Under the pieces are notes generated by a model. The model was not told where the DNA came from and ran no database searches. It was given only the letters and a program-made list of their open reading frames with translations. The translations under genes were made by a program, and so were the position numbers. A DNA stretch of 64,000 nucleotides. It comes from Yuukianura sp. NJ FZ-2021 (Eukaryota). This document shows positions 57,920 to 64,000 of this stretch, piece after piece; the stretch's first letter is position 1, and the number at the start of each line of letters is the position of its first letter. The stretch lies in the NCBI GenBank assembly GCA_046563655.1, contig CM102284.1:6262001-6326000 (forward strand), read 5' to 3'.

Positions 57920-60858
57920 TTTTGAAATTTTGATGAAAACGAATCAACTTAAACTTTAGTTTAAAGTTTTTGAAACAAGAGGTCAACTTGAAATGACACG
58001 GTCAATCTTCTACTCTGTCCGTCCCATTGACAGGTCCACTTGGTCCAAGATCTCAAACTCCACTGACACTCACGAAGTCATCAACTTTATTACTTTGACT
58101 AGTCGTTTCCAAGCGACTTGCCAATCCAAGGTGGTTAAGTAGCTCATTTGACACACTTTTTCAAAAAACAAGAATTTTCACATCAATTTCCTCTGTAAAG
58201 TACAAGAGGAAGCAGTGAAAGTGGAATCTGGTACAATGGAAACGGAATCAAATCCACCTCCTTACAAACGTTTCCGCCCGCCTCACCGTGTGCCCCGCAC
58301 GACTCACAAAGATCAATCGAATCAATTGGTGGAATAACCATCAATTAACAACTATAATTCACATTTAGTAAAAGCGAGTAATCGTGGCTTGGAGCTGATA
58401 AGAAGTAAATGCTAAATGCTTGGAATGGTACAAATCTGTTAAGAATTGTTTTGCATCTTGGCAAATTTTGGGTTGTTGATCCAGTTTTCTCTCGCACGTT
58501 CAATTCAATAAACATCGCACGAATCAGGTTCAGTTGCATCTAACTTGGAATTTTTTTTATTGGTTAACATGTTTTAGTTAAGTGCAAATCTAAATTTTCT
58601 GCGGTAATTAATTAAATAATTGGCACACCTATTGAGTGACAAGCGACAGGTAAGATTGAATCAAATTAGGAAAAATTTCTAGTTTGAAAGTGAGAGCAAA
58701 AGTAAGGCTGAGCGAGTTGAAAAAAAAGTGAAAAGTTTGAAAAAAAAATGTCAACCGATTCGTCAACGATTGTCATTTGGAAGGAAAAAGTGAAAGTGAA
58801 TTAATTTAACAAGGATTGATTATTCTGAATTCTAATTAAATTTTTAACTACTATGATAATTGTTTCACTTCACGCACAATTTTAATTAAAATATCAACAC
58901 GCAAAGTGATACAAACAAGATAGTATCTTAATGATTGATCAATCAATATAAAATATAACACAAAACATTTCCATTTTAACAATAATCATTATGTGGATAC
59001 TTAAAAATTATTTTTATTATAATAAATAATTTTCGTCTGTACAGAGTTATACACCAAATTTTATTACAAAATGAGAAAAATAAAGACAAATTTTGACTAA
59101 AGTCAATGACCTGCGTGGGAATTCGGGGTGGGTTTGAACGAAGTGGACTCGTCTACTATGCCTGGAATTTTTACTACAAATTTACTACGATTCATTCATA
59201 GAATAAGTTTCATTAACAAAAAAAAGGTTCATTCATGAAAAATTCATTCATGGTGTCCAGTGCCACGCCCCGATTCCACGCATGCACAAAAGAGCAGCGG
59301 GAATTCATTTTTGAATTTTTCTAAAAAACATAAACAAAGCAAAGGAATTCTTATTTGTCAGTGAAATTAAGTTACAATTAAATTTTAACTTTTGATTTGT
59401 TTTTCTACAGTTATTCATCATTCCTGTAAATTAATTTAACGATTAGCAATAAGTCGAATAGGATTCTACGTATTAGTCACTTCAAGAGTGTTTTCAGTAA
59501 ATTCGGAGGCTACACCGCCATTACTCTTATCGTTCCACGAACTCATCGTAAGTTAAAATTTCTCTGGGTTTCCGGTTTCACGGTAATAAAGTATCGCCTT
59601 CTTCAATTAACAGGTTAAAATGTAATGCAGAAAGCAGAATTCGATTTACCAGGGAAGGGTAATGGTGGGATCAACATCGTTCGTAGGAGTTAGGTATTCT
59701 AAAAATTGAATAGTCACGAAACGTTTTTAATTCGTTCCAGGATACCGTACGTACAGTACACCGCTTCCGGCAACCAGTTTGCTGTCTGTGCCTCTCCGAC
59801 ATTCGAAATTGACTACTGACTAGCTTCCTTTCACGCAGTTCCACAGTGCTCGTGCATTCGTCTAGGAGAATGTGATTGTCACTGAAGGGGAAAGTAAGTT
59901 GAGAGACATTAATTTGGTTTATATGAAACTGGCATGGATAATTCAATTTAGTTCGTGTGAAAAGTTTTATGTGTAATTTTAGACGAAAATTGGCGTTGGA
60001 ATGAGGAAAAGGACTTGAAGGAAGGAAGTGACGAAGGTGAAGTGTGTGGGTGGCTTTGGGCTTGGTTGACATTGTTCTTGGACGGACGATTTAGTGTTGC
60101 TGGTGACATGTGTTTGGTTGGTCGGAGGGTCAAAGACCAGAAGAAGGGAAGATCAATACTTCACACGCCACCCACCCCCTGACGTACCCATTCACATTCA
60201 AAATCCTTCTTACTACTACACAGAAGAGTATCTGCTACAAATACTAAGCCTAGGACTCGTCTTGGGTGTGGGTACATGCTCTTAAGCCGTACTTCTGCTG
60301 TGTATCATCCCCAAGTCCATCTACCTCGTCTGCTGCTGCATCTGTATTGTACAAGCTACAGGATCCAGTCAAGTGAAAAACAGAAGGATACAAACATACA
60401 TACACACATTATAATGTCCTCCTCAAGTTGACTCACTCTTTTTACTCACTAGTAAGCACTACTTTGTTATTTTTAAGCTCTCAATTAGGCCCCATTAACT
60501 TTGATTTTCAAATTTAAACAAGGAGAGGACCTTCGGAGCTCTGGGCTGCGGGGCATCTAGGTCAAGAATAGACACCAATCCTTGTACGAGTCAATCCCAT
60601 CACATTTTAGCACAAAACTACAAAGGTTCTCATTCCCTCTGTCGTCCAAGGCACAAGGAGCAGATTTAAGGTGTGGTAAGGGAAATCAGTTTTTCTTTGT
60701 GTGTCATACCGTTATAACAACATTACATTCCTGGAATTATCTTACGGTTTCGGTACTTTTGTATGTTTTTGCAGGAAACGTCACCCTTTCTGACGTTCTT
60801 TCACACTGATTTGCCCATTGTTGTAAATAACAACATCAGCTGAGAAGAGAACACCAAG

Positions 60859-64000
<3,142 letters not shown>

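Overview
AT-rich, gene-dense eukaryotic DNA with short introns, most likely from a compact arthropod genome. There are no prokaryotic features, tRNA/rRNA genes or CRISPR arrays that I can support. Eleven intron-containing genes can be reconstructed: how/quaking (-), an HMGA-like AT-hook gene missed by the ORF track (+), MAN1/LEMD3 (-), an SP2353/pikachurin-like EGF-LamG gene (-), Ras (-), Arf6 (-), vein/neuregulin (-), slowpoke BK channel (-), high-affinity choline transporter (+), a large secreted Gly/Gln/Ser/Tyr repeat protein (-) and misshapen/MAP4K4 (+, truncated by the window end). The most striking signal lies in the slowpoke introns. Its two pairs of duplicated, mutually exclusive exons are surrounded by long-range complementary elements. 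At the first pair these form a three-way switch: a docking element (44324-44353) can pair with a distal selector (42901-42921, 16 perfect bp) or with an intronic antisense copy (43919-43997) of one alternative exon. A strongly over-represented AGGTCA/TGACCT motif family, often next to splice sites, runs through the whole window. Gene identities come from recognising motifs by eye; no database searches were run.
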